From positions 39,122,001-39,186,000 of the forward strand of contig NC_135896.1 of the NCBI RefSeq assembly GCF_964194155.1: 64,000 nt of DNA, in the 5' to 3' direction. The position numbers and the translations under genes were made by a program. Of this stretch, positions 12,319-24,418 are shown in pieces. Position 1 is the first letter of the stretch. The number at the start of each line of letters is the position of its first letter. The notes beneath the pieces are model-generated. The model searched no databases. It saw only the letters and a list, made by a program, of their open reading frames with translations, and was not told the origin of the DNA. The DNA comes from Cetorhinus maximus. Its lineage: Eukaryota.

Positions 12319-13839
12319 ATAGTAACTTTGCTGTTACATTAATTGCAATTCTCACTAGTTGAGATTCTTCGTGTCCTAGTATCCAAATAATTACATTTGT
12401 GGTAGTTGTGTAATCCTGGAAACAAACATAGAATGATTAAATGTTGTTCCTGTATAGCCTACGTTCATGAGATAATTACAAATGATGATGACCATTTGGC
12501 CCACATTAGTTCATCCATTTGGAAGTGCCCTACAGTGTCCTTATTGCATTAATTGTTTCTTCAATACAGCCAGGGCGTTTTGTCTTCGCCATGCTATTCT
12601 GGGTGCTAGTCAGACTCTGTTTGAAGTATGCATTCTAGATACTTGACATATCTTTGTTATCCATACCTTGTTTCATATTATGCATTTGCTCAATTGTTCA
12701 TTTTGTGAATCATATCCTCAGAAAAGATATATACAACTGATGAATTTGACACAACATAGTTCAGTTAAACACATCCTCTGACATTTGCTTGCGAAAAGTA
12801 AACGTGGGGTCAACCAAGCTTGACATTATTTAATTACTGTTTTTGTCTTTTCCTTGGGAATAATTGCTTCAGCTTTTCCTTATATATATTTTAGATTAAA
12901 GTCTATCAACTATGAGGTTAAAAAGTTTAGAGTTAATATTTAATGTAAAAATTTAATATTTTCTAGGGAGCATGTCCCTGGGCCCCCTTTCCCACCCCCA
13001 CCCCTAGAAGTGCAGCATTTATAGGCAGTGCAAGATGGTAATATAACATCAGTCTTGATATATGAATTATGGAATTATAAAATGAAACATCACAAAAGGA
13101 GACCATTAGGCCCATCATAGCAAAAGAACGGTTTTAAATGCAAAAATATCTTTGTTTATCTTTGCTTTCAACGGAAGTCTGATTTTCAAAATGTATTAAA
13201 GTTAACGCTGGGAGAGAGACAAATGGATTTTTGTGTTTATATTCTAACCAATAACTGCCCTGCCTTTGTTTTATAGAATCTCATTCTTGTTACACTTCTT
13301 CCTTCTGGATGACATAAAAGTTCTGGTTTTACACACTTGGTGTTCTTTGGGAAACATTAGTTCTGCTCTACTACTGCAAAGTACTCCGTATAGTGATCTA
13401 GCTAAAAGCTGATGAAGCTTAGCTACTGATCGTAGTCATAGCCAAGGTTTCAACTCTAAGTGCTGACTTTCTGCATCATCTTCTGACTTGCTTCTTACCA
13501 GAATTCCTTTTAAAATGATGTGTTAACTGAATCACACTTTGCACAGTAACATTTCTCTAGGAATTACTTACGGAGTCCTCCAGCTACTCCTTTTAGAAAT
13601 AGTAATACAAGGCCACTTTCAAATTGCAAGGGTCAATGCATGAATAAAAAGCGAGCAGTGAGTCATTACCTTTCAATCCAATGTTTTCTTTATTATTTAC
13701 AAAGTATTATGCAAAACATTCCACTTTTTGCACCTCGTCACATTTCCCAGGAGCATTATTAGCAACACCTGAATGGGCTAGTTCTTTGACACTGGCAAAA
13801 AATTAAAACAGAAATGATCTCTACAAAGAAATAAAAAAG

Positions 13840-13912
13840 GAAAACAACAAATACTGGAAACTTGAAATGGAATGATCGGCTAACCTTTCAGGTGTGATTC
13901 TTCACCAGAACT
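13840..13912 (-). mobile_element. Short old Penelope-like remnant
   Basis: Reverse complement reads cagttctggtgaagaatcacacctgaaaggttagcc...tttccagtatttgttgtttt. Confidence 0.4.
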
Positions 13913-13932
13913 GTAATATTTTTAGAAATATT

Positions 13933-14118
13933 GAGGTGAAACTTAGGATTTACGCAAGGATTCAAATTTCAGGTGGGTGAAGGGTTAAATTCAACTACCA
14001 CAGAGGTGGAAAACATTAAAAAATTAATTGACAGCCAATGAGAAGGAAGTTTAGGCGGGTGTATAACTTGTTGCTAATCCAGCTGTTTTGCGCACCAGCC
14101 AAAGTAGCATTTCACCCC
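13933..14118. mobile_element. Old short TIR element
   Basis: Imperfect termini gaggtgaaac / atttcacccc. Confidence 0.35.
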
Positions 14119-14224
14119 CATCTTGTGTAAAAACCTCTTTAGCAGTAGCAATTTTTGCTATGTAGAAAGGTCTTTATGCATTTGTGATAAAACATTGCAC
14201 AAACACAATTATGTAAATTGTCAT

Positions 14225-14470
14225 GGAATTATGGAATGGTTACAGCACAGAAAGAGGTCATTTGGCCCAATGTGTCCATGCAGTTCTCTGCAAGAGCACC
14301 TCAGCTGGTTCTACTCCCCTACCCTTTTCCTGAAGGCCTTTCCTCTTCAGGTACTTACCCAATTGCCTTTTGAAAGTCCCTATTGTATCTGCCATCTCCA
14401 CACTCTCAGGCAATGCATTCCAGGTCCCAGCCACTTGCTGCCTAAAGCTCAGGTTTCCTGCCATGCCTCT
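14225..14470 (-). mobile_element. CR1 LINE 3' fragment
   Basis: ORF 14258..14464 (WNALPESVEMADTIGTFKRQLGKYL) is the CR1 ORF2 C-terminus, followed by the CR1 3' UTR. Confidence 0.75.
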
Positions 14471-14759
14471 AATTATTAGACTAACTAACCTTAATAAAAG
14501 TAAACTAAAGACTTATTAAAGATTTAGGTAAAAATAACTCACCAGCTGCTCACCAATCAGCATTTTCCTTTATGTTGATGTCACTTTTAGTCTTAAAGCC
14601 ATATGCAATTCACTTATTTTTCATTTGCTCAATAGACAGGTGTTCAATTATTCAGGGAAAGTATTATATTTTGTGATGTATCAGTATCATTACGGTAACA
14701 TAATGCTTGTGTTTCTAGACTTTTAATCCAGAGGACTGGACTAATGATCCAGAGATGTG

Positions 14760-15434
14760 GGGCTGAATTTCTAGCCCCCGATGGGGTAGGCATGGAATTT
14801 CGTGCTGCTGACCAGCATGTTGGTTCCCTGGCTCCATCCCACCCCTGGGCCGTTTTCCTGGAGACAGAATGGGAGTAGCAGGGCTAACCACCTGCAAGCA
14901 ACGGGTAGCCAATTGACCTGATGAACAAATTTTCCAATCACCCTCCAGGTCCCCACATGTGGCAAGGGACAGTTTAGCTGCTTGGAGAAGGCTTCCCAGT
15001 AGCAGACTGGGGGGAGGGGTGGGGGGTTGTCAGTGGACCAGGCAAGTTTAGAGAACCTCCCTGCTTGCCTGGGTTCAGCTGCAGCCACAGGTCACCCTGT
15101 GGAGACATTTGCCATGCCCCCCTCACCCCCACAATGGTGGCCCAGCTGCAAAAGCCTGTTTCCATTGTAAATTTGTAAAAGTTAGAGAAGGTTTCAGTTT
15201 AGGGTGCCCTCTCCCTCACTTGCCTGCCATGGTATCCTGCTGTACCTGCCATGGCATCCTGCTGTAGCTTCCAAGCTGCAGGGCCTGCTATTGGCCCTCG
15301 AACATCAAGAGTCTGCCCACCATCCTATTAGCCATTCATTTGCTAATTCAGAGAAAATCACAGGTGAGTGACTTTGCCTCACACAGTGAGGGCCTCTGGT
15401 CCCCATTTGAGCTGGAAGGTGGATCCTGAAGCCC
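14760..15434. mobile_element. Harbinger-type MITE inserted in the LINE 5' head
   Basis: Left TIR GGGCTGAATTT, eroded right end (agccc), flanks GTG/ATG. The host sequence rejoins across it. Confidence 0.7.
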
Positions 15435-16482
15435 ATGAACTCAAATCCCATCATGGCTGCTGAGGTATTTAAAATCAGTTAATTAATTAAAGTTAAAAAT
15501 AGTATCAGAAATGATGTTATTTCAACTATGGATTATCATAAAAAAAACATCTGGTTCACCTTTAGGGAAGGAAAACTGCCATCCTTAGCCAGTCTGGTCT
15601 ACGTGTGACTCCAGACCCATAGCAATGTGGTTGACTCTTAATTGCCCTCAGAAATGGCCCAGCAAACCACTCAGTTGTACGAAACTGCTACACAAGAGTA
15701 TAATAATAAAACAGGACGAACCACCCAGTATCAACCTAGGTACCAGATTGGGATGCAACAAAGGACGACCCTGCTCAGTTGACCCTGCAAAATCCTCCTT
15801 ATTAACATCTGGGTACTTTTGCCAAAATTGGGATAGGTGGCCCACAACCTTGTAAAGCACACACCCGTCATAATCACCGAGTCATATTTTTCAGACAACA
15901 CCCTTGAGACATCTGGTAGTCCTCAGTGTTGACTTCAGACCCCATGAATTCTCACAGCATTAGGTCAAACATGGGCAAGGAAACCTCATGCTGATTACCA
16001 CATACGGCCCTCTCTCAGCTGATGAATCAGTACTCCTCCATGTTTAACACCACCTGGAAGAAACACTGAAGGTAGCAAGCGCACAAAATGCACTACAAGT
16101 GGGGACTTCAATGTCCATCACCTGATAGTGGCTCAGCAGCACCACAACTGACCAAGTTGGCTGAGTTCTGACAAACATATCTACCAGACTGGACCTACAA
16201 CAAGTTGTGCAAGAACCAGCATGAGATTACTTGACACCTACTTGATCCCATCCTCACAAGCCTACCTGGCACAGCTAGATCTGTCCATGATAGTATTGGT
16301 AGGAGTGACCACACCATAATCATTGTAGAGACAAAGACTCACCTTAATTATGATGACACCTTCCATTATGTTGTGCGGCTCTACTACCGTGCTAAACGTG
16401 ATCAGTTAAAGACAGATCTAACAGCTCAAAACTAGACATCCATGTGGTGTGGACCACTGGCAGCAGCAGAATTGTATTCAAC

Positions 16483-17232
16483 CAATTCTGAAGAAAGGTC
16501 CTTGACCTGAAACATTGGCCTGACTTTTTCCCATGTTGGGCGGGCGATCGGGTGTGCACTGCCATTTTACACAGGCGGGCCAATTAAGGCCCGCCCAGTA
16601 TAATACGCAATTGGTTGCGCTCAGCACTACCTGTGCGGGCAGGGGGAGGAGGGAGAGTCAGGGCCAACGGTCTTTCACGCTGAGCTGCCTCAGGGAGATT
16701 GAAGCGCATTTGAAAACAATAAATAAAATCAATAAAAATTTAATGAAATATGTCCCCTCATGTGACTGTGTCACATGAGATGCGACATGCTTTTATTTTT
16801 CAGACAAACTTTTTATTTAATTCATAAAAGCTTTAGGAAACCTCATTCCACTCGTGGATGAGGTTTCCTAAAAAATGCAAAGGCCGCTTGGCCTTTTCGC
16901 CTGCCTGCCAACCTTAAGGTTGGACGGGCAGCATAAACTTGACATTAATCACTTCGCTAATGGCCTTAATAGGCCTATCAATTATCGGCGGGCGTGCAAC
17001 CAACTCTGGTGTGCGCCTGCCGAAAGAAACACCACGAGACAGCGCCATGACGTCCCGACATCAGGACGCAAGCCCAACGTCATCGCGCATCATTTTACGC
17101 GCTGGCATGTCGGGCCCACCCCCACACACCGACTGAAAAATCCTGGCCATTAACACTGTTTCTCTCTTCACAGATGCTGCCAGACCTGCTGTTTTCATTT
17201 CAGATTTCCAGCGTCCACAGTATTTTGCTTTT
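16483..17232 (+). mobile_element. Penelope-like ~120-bp remnant, split by a MITE
   Basis: caattctgaagaaaggtccttgacctgaaacatt|aacactgtttctctcttcacagatgctgcc...tattttgcttt, flanked by TATTCAAC at 16475-16482 and 17233-17240. Confidence 0.8.
16517..17148. mobile_element. Harbinger MITE, hairpin-chain family, copy B (reverse orientation to A)
   Basis: Termini GGCCTGACTTTTTC / GAAAAATCCTGGCC with TSD ATT. Confidence 0.9.
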
Positions 17233-18380
17233 TATTCAACTGCATTCTGTAACCTCATGGCCCTCACAGTTCCCTCACTCTACCAAAGTCAGGTGACAAA
17301 CCCTGGTTCAATGCCAGAGGCAGCACCAGGTGTACATTAAAAAAAGGGTGCATGCATGGTGAAGTTACAACACAGGACTACAAGCATGCTAAACAACAGA
17401 AGTAGCATGCTTTAGTTGGAGGTAAGTGATCTCACAACCAATGGATCAGATCAAAGCTCTGCAGTCCTGCAAATTTAGTCATGAATTTGGTGGACAATTA
17501 ATTCACAACAGGAGGAGGAGGCTCCACACACATGCCCTTCCTCAATGATTTGGGAGCCCAGCATGTCAGTGCAAAGGATGAAACTGAAGCATCTGCAACC
17601 ATCTTCAACCAGAAGTACCAATTGGATGATCTACCTTGGTCTCCTCCTGTGGTCCGCACAATCACAGAAGCCAGTTTTTATCCAATTAGGTTCACATCCA
17701 TGTGATATCAAGAAATGGTTGAGCACGCTGGACACTGCAAAGGCTATTGTCCCAACAAGATCCTGGCTGTAGTACTGAAGATTTATGTGCCAGAACTAGT
17801 TGTGCCTCTAACCAGCTGCAGTTACAACACCTGCATTTACCCAACAAAGTGGAAAATTGTTCAGGTATGACCTGTTCACAAAAAGCAGGACAAATCTGCC
17901 CTGTTAGACTACCCTCAAGCAGATGAATGTTATCAAGTGGCACTTACCCATTGATAACCTGCTCATCAATGCCCAGTCTGGGTTCCACCAGGGCCACTCA
18001 ACTCCAGCGCTCATAACAGCCTTGGTCCAAACATGGACAAAAGAGCTGAATTCCAGACTTGAGGTAGAAGTGACTGCCCTTGCCACCAAGACAGCATTTG
18101 ATTGAGTGCAGCTTCAAGTAAAATTGAAGTCAATATAAATGGGGTGGGGATACTCTCCATTGACTGGAATCTTGCCTAGCACAAAAGAAGATGGTTGTTT
18201 TTGTTGGAGGCCATTCATCTCAGGCCCAGGACATAGCTGCAGGAGTTCCTCAGCACAATGTCTTAGGCCGAACCATCATCAGCTGTTTCATTTCAGCTGA
18301 GTTCAGTTCCATTCACAACTCCTTAGATAATGAAGCCATCCATGCCTGCATACAGCAAGACCTGGACAATATTCAGGCTT

Positions 18381-18570
18381 GGGCCGATATTTATCCTTTA
18401 GTCAACATCACAAAATAATTATCTGGTCATTGTGGGAGTTTGCTGTGCACATATTATCTGCCACGTTTCCTACATTACAACAGTGACTACACTTCAAAAA
18501 GTACTTCAAGTGCCTTGAGACATCCAGTGGTTGTGAAAAATGCTTTATAACTGCAAGTCTTTCTTTTTTA
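18381..18570 (+). mobile_element. Deu-domain SINE fragment (SacSINE1/AmnSINE1-like)
   Basis: ggccgatatttatcc...attatctggtcattgtgggagtttgctgtgcac...tttcctacattacaacagtgactacacttcaaaaagtac...gcaagtctttcttt, inserted in the LINE RT region. Confidence 0.7.
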
Positions 18571-19209
18571 TTGCTATCGCTAAATCACCCACCACCAACA
18601 TTCTGGGGTTTACCATTGATCAGAAACTTAACTGGATCAGTCATATAGATATAGTACATTATCTGCGAGGCACATGTCAGGAATGTGATGTAATACTCTG
18701 CACTTGTCTGGGTGACTGTAACTCCAACAACGCTCAACAACAGCCAGAACAACAGCCTTTTTGATTGGCCACCATAAACATTCACTCCCTTTGCAACCTG
18801 CGTACAATGGCTGCAGTATCTACAACCATCTACAAGATGCACCACAGCAACTTGTCACGCTTATTTAACATCAACTCCCAAACCCATGTCGCATGAGAAC
18901 ACTACCAAGTTCCTCTCCAAATCACACACCATCCTGACTTGGAAATATATTGCCGTTCTTTCATTATCATTGGGTCAAAGCCCTGAAACTCCATGCCTAA
19001 CACCATTACAGGATAACGCTCACCACAATGACTGCAGCAGTTCAAGAAGGTGGCTCACCATGACTTTCTCAAGGGCAATTAGGGATGAGCAATTAATACT
19101 GGTCTTGCCTACATCTCATAAATGAATTATATAGTCATTCTATTTTGTAGGGGTACTCATTTGGAGGAATTTTAGCTTTCTTTATTTTGTGTAGATTATT
19201 TAAAATCTA

Positions 19210-19445
19210 TTCTCAGAATGTGGGAAAGGCTGCATTTGTCCATCCCTGGTTGCACTAAGAAGGTAATGGTTGCTCAATGTTGGCTCTTACAACTGAGTGA
19301 TGCGCTGACCATTTTAGAGGATATTAAATGTCAACTACATACAGTAGTGTGGAGCTGAAGTCACGTGTAAGTCAGATAGGCAAGTGTGGCAAGTCCCGTC
19401 ACTCATGAGCATTTGTGAACCAGTTGAGTTTTCATGACAACAGTG
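19210..19445 (-). mobile_element. SINE-like bipartite element: family Z 5' UTR joined to family Z 3' tail
   Basis: Reverse complement aligns to 15535-15680 (ctggttcac...acgtgact.cag...gttgac...cactcagttg) and then goes directly to the tail (gcaaccagggatggacaaatgc...cccacatt). Confidence 0.6.
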
Positions 19446-19773
19446 TTTCTCAGGTATTTAAGCAAAAGTCTCTTTCTTCATGTACTGTACTTCTAGTAAT
19501 GCTTGAAAAAGAAATTAAATTGCCACTAACAAATGAAAAAGCTGAAACACTGAATACTAGGCTACCTCTTAGTTAAGTAATTCCCCTGGAAACATGAACT
19601 TAGATTATGTGTACTAGACAAAAGCAGTTAAACCCAAATGATCTCATTTTATGGGATTATTATATTTGTATACTGAAACTGAACAAAGTTTAGGCTTCTG
19701 ACATAGTATAATAAAGATATATGAATGTTAGTGGACTTTGTTCATTTGAAAGTTGAATTTACTGTGTTGGTAA

Positions 19774-20121
19774 AAGTTGTGAAAGAACCAGCATGAGATT
19801 AGAAACCTACTTGATCCCATCCTCACAAGCCTACCTGGCACAGCTGGATCTGTCCATGATAGTATTGGTAAGAGTGACCACACCATAATCATTGTAGAGG
19901 CAAAGACTCACCTTAATACTGATGACACTCTCCATCATGTTGTGTGGCTCTACTACCGTGCTAAATGTGATCAGTTAAAGACAGATCTAACAGCTCAAAA
20001 CTAGACATCCATGTGGTGTGGACCACTGGTAGCAGCAAAATTGTATTCAACCAATTCTGAAGAAAGGTCCTTGACCTGAAACATTGGCCTGACTTTTTCC
20101 CATGTCGGGCGGGCGATCGGG
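19774..20121 (+). repeat. Direct duplicate of 16202-16552
   Basis: About 350 bp, near-identical (the ORF track shows the same peptide twice). Includes the LINE/Penelope/MITE junctions. Confidence 0.95.
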
Positions 20122-21204
20122 AACTAAGCACAGCAATATAAGTGTTAATGTGACATAAACCATACACTTTAAATGAACTTTGTTCATAGTTCAGTTAGGG
20201 GCAAAACATTTTAGAAATCCTCACACTTAATTGTCTGGTGTATATTGTTCTTATTGGAACTATGCAATTGTTAAACTTAATCAAAGATAAGAAACCTGCA
20301 GTACTTTACAATTTTAACGATTAAAGCTAGGAAAGTCAGTTTCTGCAGAGTCACTTCTTTTCTCTACTGAATTGTTCATGTTGCTATGGAGATAAATAAG
20401 TACAATGGATTTTACCAATAGGAACTAGCGATAAGCTGTGGAAAGCTGATGTCATGCTAACATTTGAATGACACTGTGCCCTCTGCTACTAGGAGATGGA
20501 TTCCAGCATGCAATTCTAAGAATTTTAATCATTGCATTGTTTTTTTTCTATAAGCAACCTGTTAAGCTGGAGAGTGACCCAGAACAGACAAATATCTGTC
20601 TTGAAGCACCCATTATTATTTCTGACTAAAAAACAGGTCTATCGATCATAAAAGGGCACAGTCTGCATTAGAGTTAAAAAATACAAGGCCGTTTGGGTGC
20701 TTTCTCATCAGATCATCAACCTACCCTCATGAGATTTCATAGTCAACAACCCAACCTTTTCTCATTTGAGGGGAAATACTGAGACAGGGAAAAGCAAATG
20801 ATAAAAGTCTCCTTAGCCCAGAATAAATGCTGCTTTCTAAGACTGTTTGCGTCACTTCCTCAATAACCAGTCCTTTGCTACCAGGCAGCTGGAATGACCT
20901 TCTGAATTTTTAAATTCTCCATATATGTTTTATGTACAAGCACCTCAATCATTTTCCTTGTTTTGTGGGTCATCTGGAAAAAGTACAGTTTGAACAATGT
21001 GTGATTTGGTTGAATCACTTGCTTATAAACATTAATGAAAGATCTTACACGATAGGTTAGATCTTAATATATTTAAATGTTACTGCGTATATCCTTTCAC
21101 ATATGCTCATACAGAAACAAATTATGAATGTGTCCTTGGTGCCTTTATTAAAAAATATTTTGAGAGTCTGTGTTTAACTTTCCTAAATAAAAGAAGCAGG
21201 TACC

Positions 21205-21630
21205 ACTTTGATTGGCACCTCCATCCACAAACATTCACTCCTTCCACCACTGACACACAGTGGCAACAGTGTGTACAATCTACAAGATACACTGCAGGAA
21301 CTCACTAACGCTCCTTAGACAGCACCTTCCAAACCCACGACCACTACCACCTAGAAGGACAAGGGCAGCAGACACATGGGAATATCACCACCTGGAAGAT
21401 CCCCATCAAGCCACTCACCATCCTGACTTGAAAATATATCGCCATTCCTTCACTGTCGCTGGGTCAAAATCCTGGAACTCCCTCCCTAACAGCACTGTGG
21501 GTATACCTACACCACATGAACTGCAGCGGTTCATGAAGACAGCTCACCACCACCTTCTCAAGGGCAATTAGGGATGGGCAATAAATGCTGACCTAGTCAG
21601 TGACACCCATATTCCATGACTGCATAAAAA
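21205..21630 (+). mobile_element. 3' fragment of CR1-group LINE (family Z)
   Basis: ORF 21260..21571 ends SFTVAGSKSWNSLPNSTVG...HHHLLKGN*, followed by the tail agggatgggcaataaatgctg. Confidence 0.9.
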
Positions 21631-21722
21631 CAGCTCCATGCTATTTAATTTTTAGTTCTTTTGTGAAATAAATCACTGATTGTGCGGATGCCTCAAATTC
21701 TTTCTGTAATCCCTGGTCATCT

Positions 21723-22276
21723 ACAACAATAAAAATAATTTATATTTATATAATGCTTTTAACATAATAAGACATCAGAAGGTGCTTCAAATGGTCATGG
21801 TATGAAACAAAATATGACACCAAATTGCATAAGGAAATATTAAGTTAGGCCTAGGCAACTGAAGGCAAATTGACATTGCTTGTCTGGGAGCCAAAGTAAG
21901 TCAAAAATCACAGGGGTGATAGGTAAATGGGACTTGGTGCGAATTAGGAACGGGCAGCAGAGTTTTGCATGACCTCAAGCTTACGGAGGGTAAAATGTGG
22001 GAGACCATTCAGGAGTGCATTGGAATAGTTAAGACTAGAGGTAACAAAGTCATAATTGAGGTTTTTTCAACAGCAGATGAGCCAATAGAGGGGTGATGTT
22101 ACAGAGGTGGAAATAAGCAGTCTTATTGATGGTGTGAACATATGATTGGAAGCTCATTTCAGAATCAAATATGACACTAATGTTGCAGATAGGCTGGTCC
22201 CATCTCAGACTGTTGCCATAGAGTGAGATGAAATCAGTAGCTATAGAATGGAGTTTGGAGGGAAACTAAAAACAAT
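21723..22276 (-). mobile_element. L2 LINE 3' fragment
   Basis: Reverse complement encodes decayed TAYFHLCNI...FVTSSLNYSNALL...QNSAARS, with an L2-type tail at 21723-21790. Confidence 0.75.
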
Positions 22277-23371
22277 GGGTGGAACTTTAACTGCGATGTG
22301 CTGTTCCCGTCAGCGTAACTGGCACCGTGCATCACTTTCACTTTCTTGTTCTTTCCCGTTTCCCACACAATTCTCAATAAAAATCTGACAGCTGGCAGTG
22401 TGGATGGGAAACACATGTGATTCCGCAGCAGGAATCATTGGTGAAACCCACTGTCAGCTGACAAGACAGCAGCTACTGGCAGATTATAAAAGAGCATCCT
22501 GGACAGAAAGGAAGGCTCTGGCCACAACCTTGCTGGCAAGTGGCAGTGCCCGTCTTTTACGATGTCATCCCTGGATGGCTGCATCTTTGATCAGCCTCTC
22601 CCTCTGGTGCTGCCTGCTGCTGACATTGTGGTCTCTGTTGTTGACCAGCAGGAGACCTCCTTTGTCACATCCTCTCCTCCTGCTCCCAAAGTTTCAGGGA
22701 TATTGGGTGTATGAGACCCGTAGGTATTCCAGCAATTGAACTGTGTGAAGAAAGCAGACATTGTTATGAGAACATGTGTGTCCATGGATTTCACCTATGG
22801 AAGTGATGAGCAATGAGATTTTCAACTCCTTCTATTGTCCACAACCAAAACTGCAACCACCACACACTGGGCTCCTCCCATTTCAATCTCCAATCCTGGC
22901 ATCACGTGTGCTTCTGGAGACATTGCAAAAATGGTCATTGTAAGATTTGTGATAGAACCCGTTAACCTCCACTTCTCCTGTCACCTTCACATTCATCCCT
23001 ATCCCTATCCCTATCACTGACGTGCTGTTTGTTTTATGTTGAAGGTAGGATGTAATTATAAAAAGTTTCATGCTGATGTTTTACAAGTATGATCCCACCA
23101 CAAGCCTGCCTGAGGCACAACACGCTACAAACATGCCACTGACTTGATCTCGGCATTTTAACCCACTGTCAGGAAATTGGAATTTCAGCTCCCTACTAAT
23201 TTCGATGCCTAACTAGCCACTGAAGGCCACACAGGAGAAAGTAAGTCTTCTCCACCCCTGCACCTCCCCACCCCAACTCCCAACCTCCCAACCCTACCAC
23301 AGCCATCAAGCCTGTAGAAGCCTGTTGACTGGTTTGGGCCGAAGTGGAAAAGACCTCTTGGATTTCAGCCC
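22277..23371. mobile_element. Degenerate Harbinger-type TIR element(s)
   Basis: Terminal motifs gggtggaacttt and ggatttcagccc around a GC-richer interior. No TSD confirmed. Confidence 0.4.
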
Positions 23372-24418
23372 TGTTTATAAAGTGCTGTTTTGCTTAGCAC
23401 AAATAAGTCACTGGCATGGTAATAATGAACAATCTAAACAGAGAGGATTAGAATCAACTTGGTGTCAACAGGAGGTTGTCTGAGAAAAAGGCCATTAAGT
23501 AAGATTTAAATTCATATGTACAGTATAACAACAAAGGATTTATGATTAAAGATTAACGCTTGATCCACAGAAATGCATTTGCAGAGGGTCTTTGTTCAGG
23601 ATCACATAATAATTTTAAAAAGTCATGAAACAGTCGATATTATGCATGTTCTAAAAGTCTGTTAAAATAACTTAATAAATACAAAAATATTCTGAATTTT
23701 TGTTGGATGGTTCTTTATTAATATTTACTGCAGCCCTTTGTGTTCTTCAGGCAGGATTCCCACAACGTTCAATTACAGAGATTTAGGCAGCACATAATGA
23801 CTTTTTGTTTTCACAAGTTACCAGCAATTGCAAAGATTTCAAGGGGGCATTGATCGCCGTGTCACTTTGCTAAAAGGAGAGTAGGGAAAGTGGGACAGAA
23901 GCCACATGTGGCGGTTGTCATGGAGCTTTCACCCATTAAGTTTCGTGAGAAGAATAGCTATAGAAGGCTATTTGGTACGTTGGAGACCAAGTAAATTGAA
24001 GTTTTGCTGGTGTTGCTGTGAGACCATTAGAAAGTATTCAGATACATTCTATAAATGATGGCCCTGTCTTGTAGAAAATAGACAGTCCTCAGCAAAGCTC
24101 TATGACAAAAGAATCAGGGAAGTATTTTAAAAACCTTGATCTTAGCAACAGTCCTTGCAATGCAATAAAAGAATCCATTAGTGATACTGAGTGTTTTGTG
24201 AGGCTTAAAATTATAACAGATTACCTTTAATTTTCTCATCGAAGTGCCAACAAAACACCTTATAGTGCAAACATAAATGAAATTCTGAAATAAATGTTGT
24301 TAGTTTTCTTTAAAATCTCTTATACTCTGTTATAACTATTGTTATTTTCAAATGAAGTTTAACATTTTAAGGGTAATAATATAACATCACTAAATTACAT
24401 AATTTAAACAAGAACTAT

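Larger units (their letters stand above)
14694..19125 (+). mobile_element. Near-full-length degenerate CR1-group LINE (family Z): tRNA-like 5' head, APE endonuclease and RT, no ORF1
   Basis: Endonuclease start near 15780 (ILLINIW.LLPKLG...IITESY), GDFNVHH near 16100, RT motifs QSGFHQGHS and AGVPQ..VLG, and 3' tail aagggcaattagggatgagcaatt. Hosts four nested insertions. Confidence 0.85.

Noticed and set aside
12945-13010. DNA-transposon-like motif (ttttctagggagcatgtccctgggcccc)
   Set aside because: Too short, with no TIRs or TSD.
20375-20460. MHC class II S-X-Y module
   Set aside because: The order and spacing of the X-box, CRE and CCAAT motifs do not fit, and no MHC exon is nearby.
23720-24010. 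Repeat-free, moderately GC-rich stretch resembling a conserved non-coding element
   Set aside because: Conservation cannot be judged from a single sequence.
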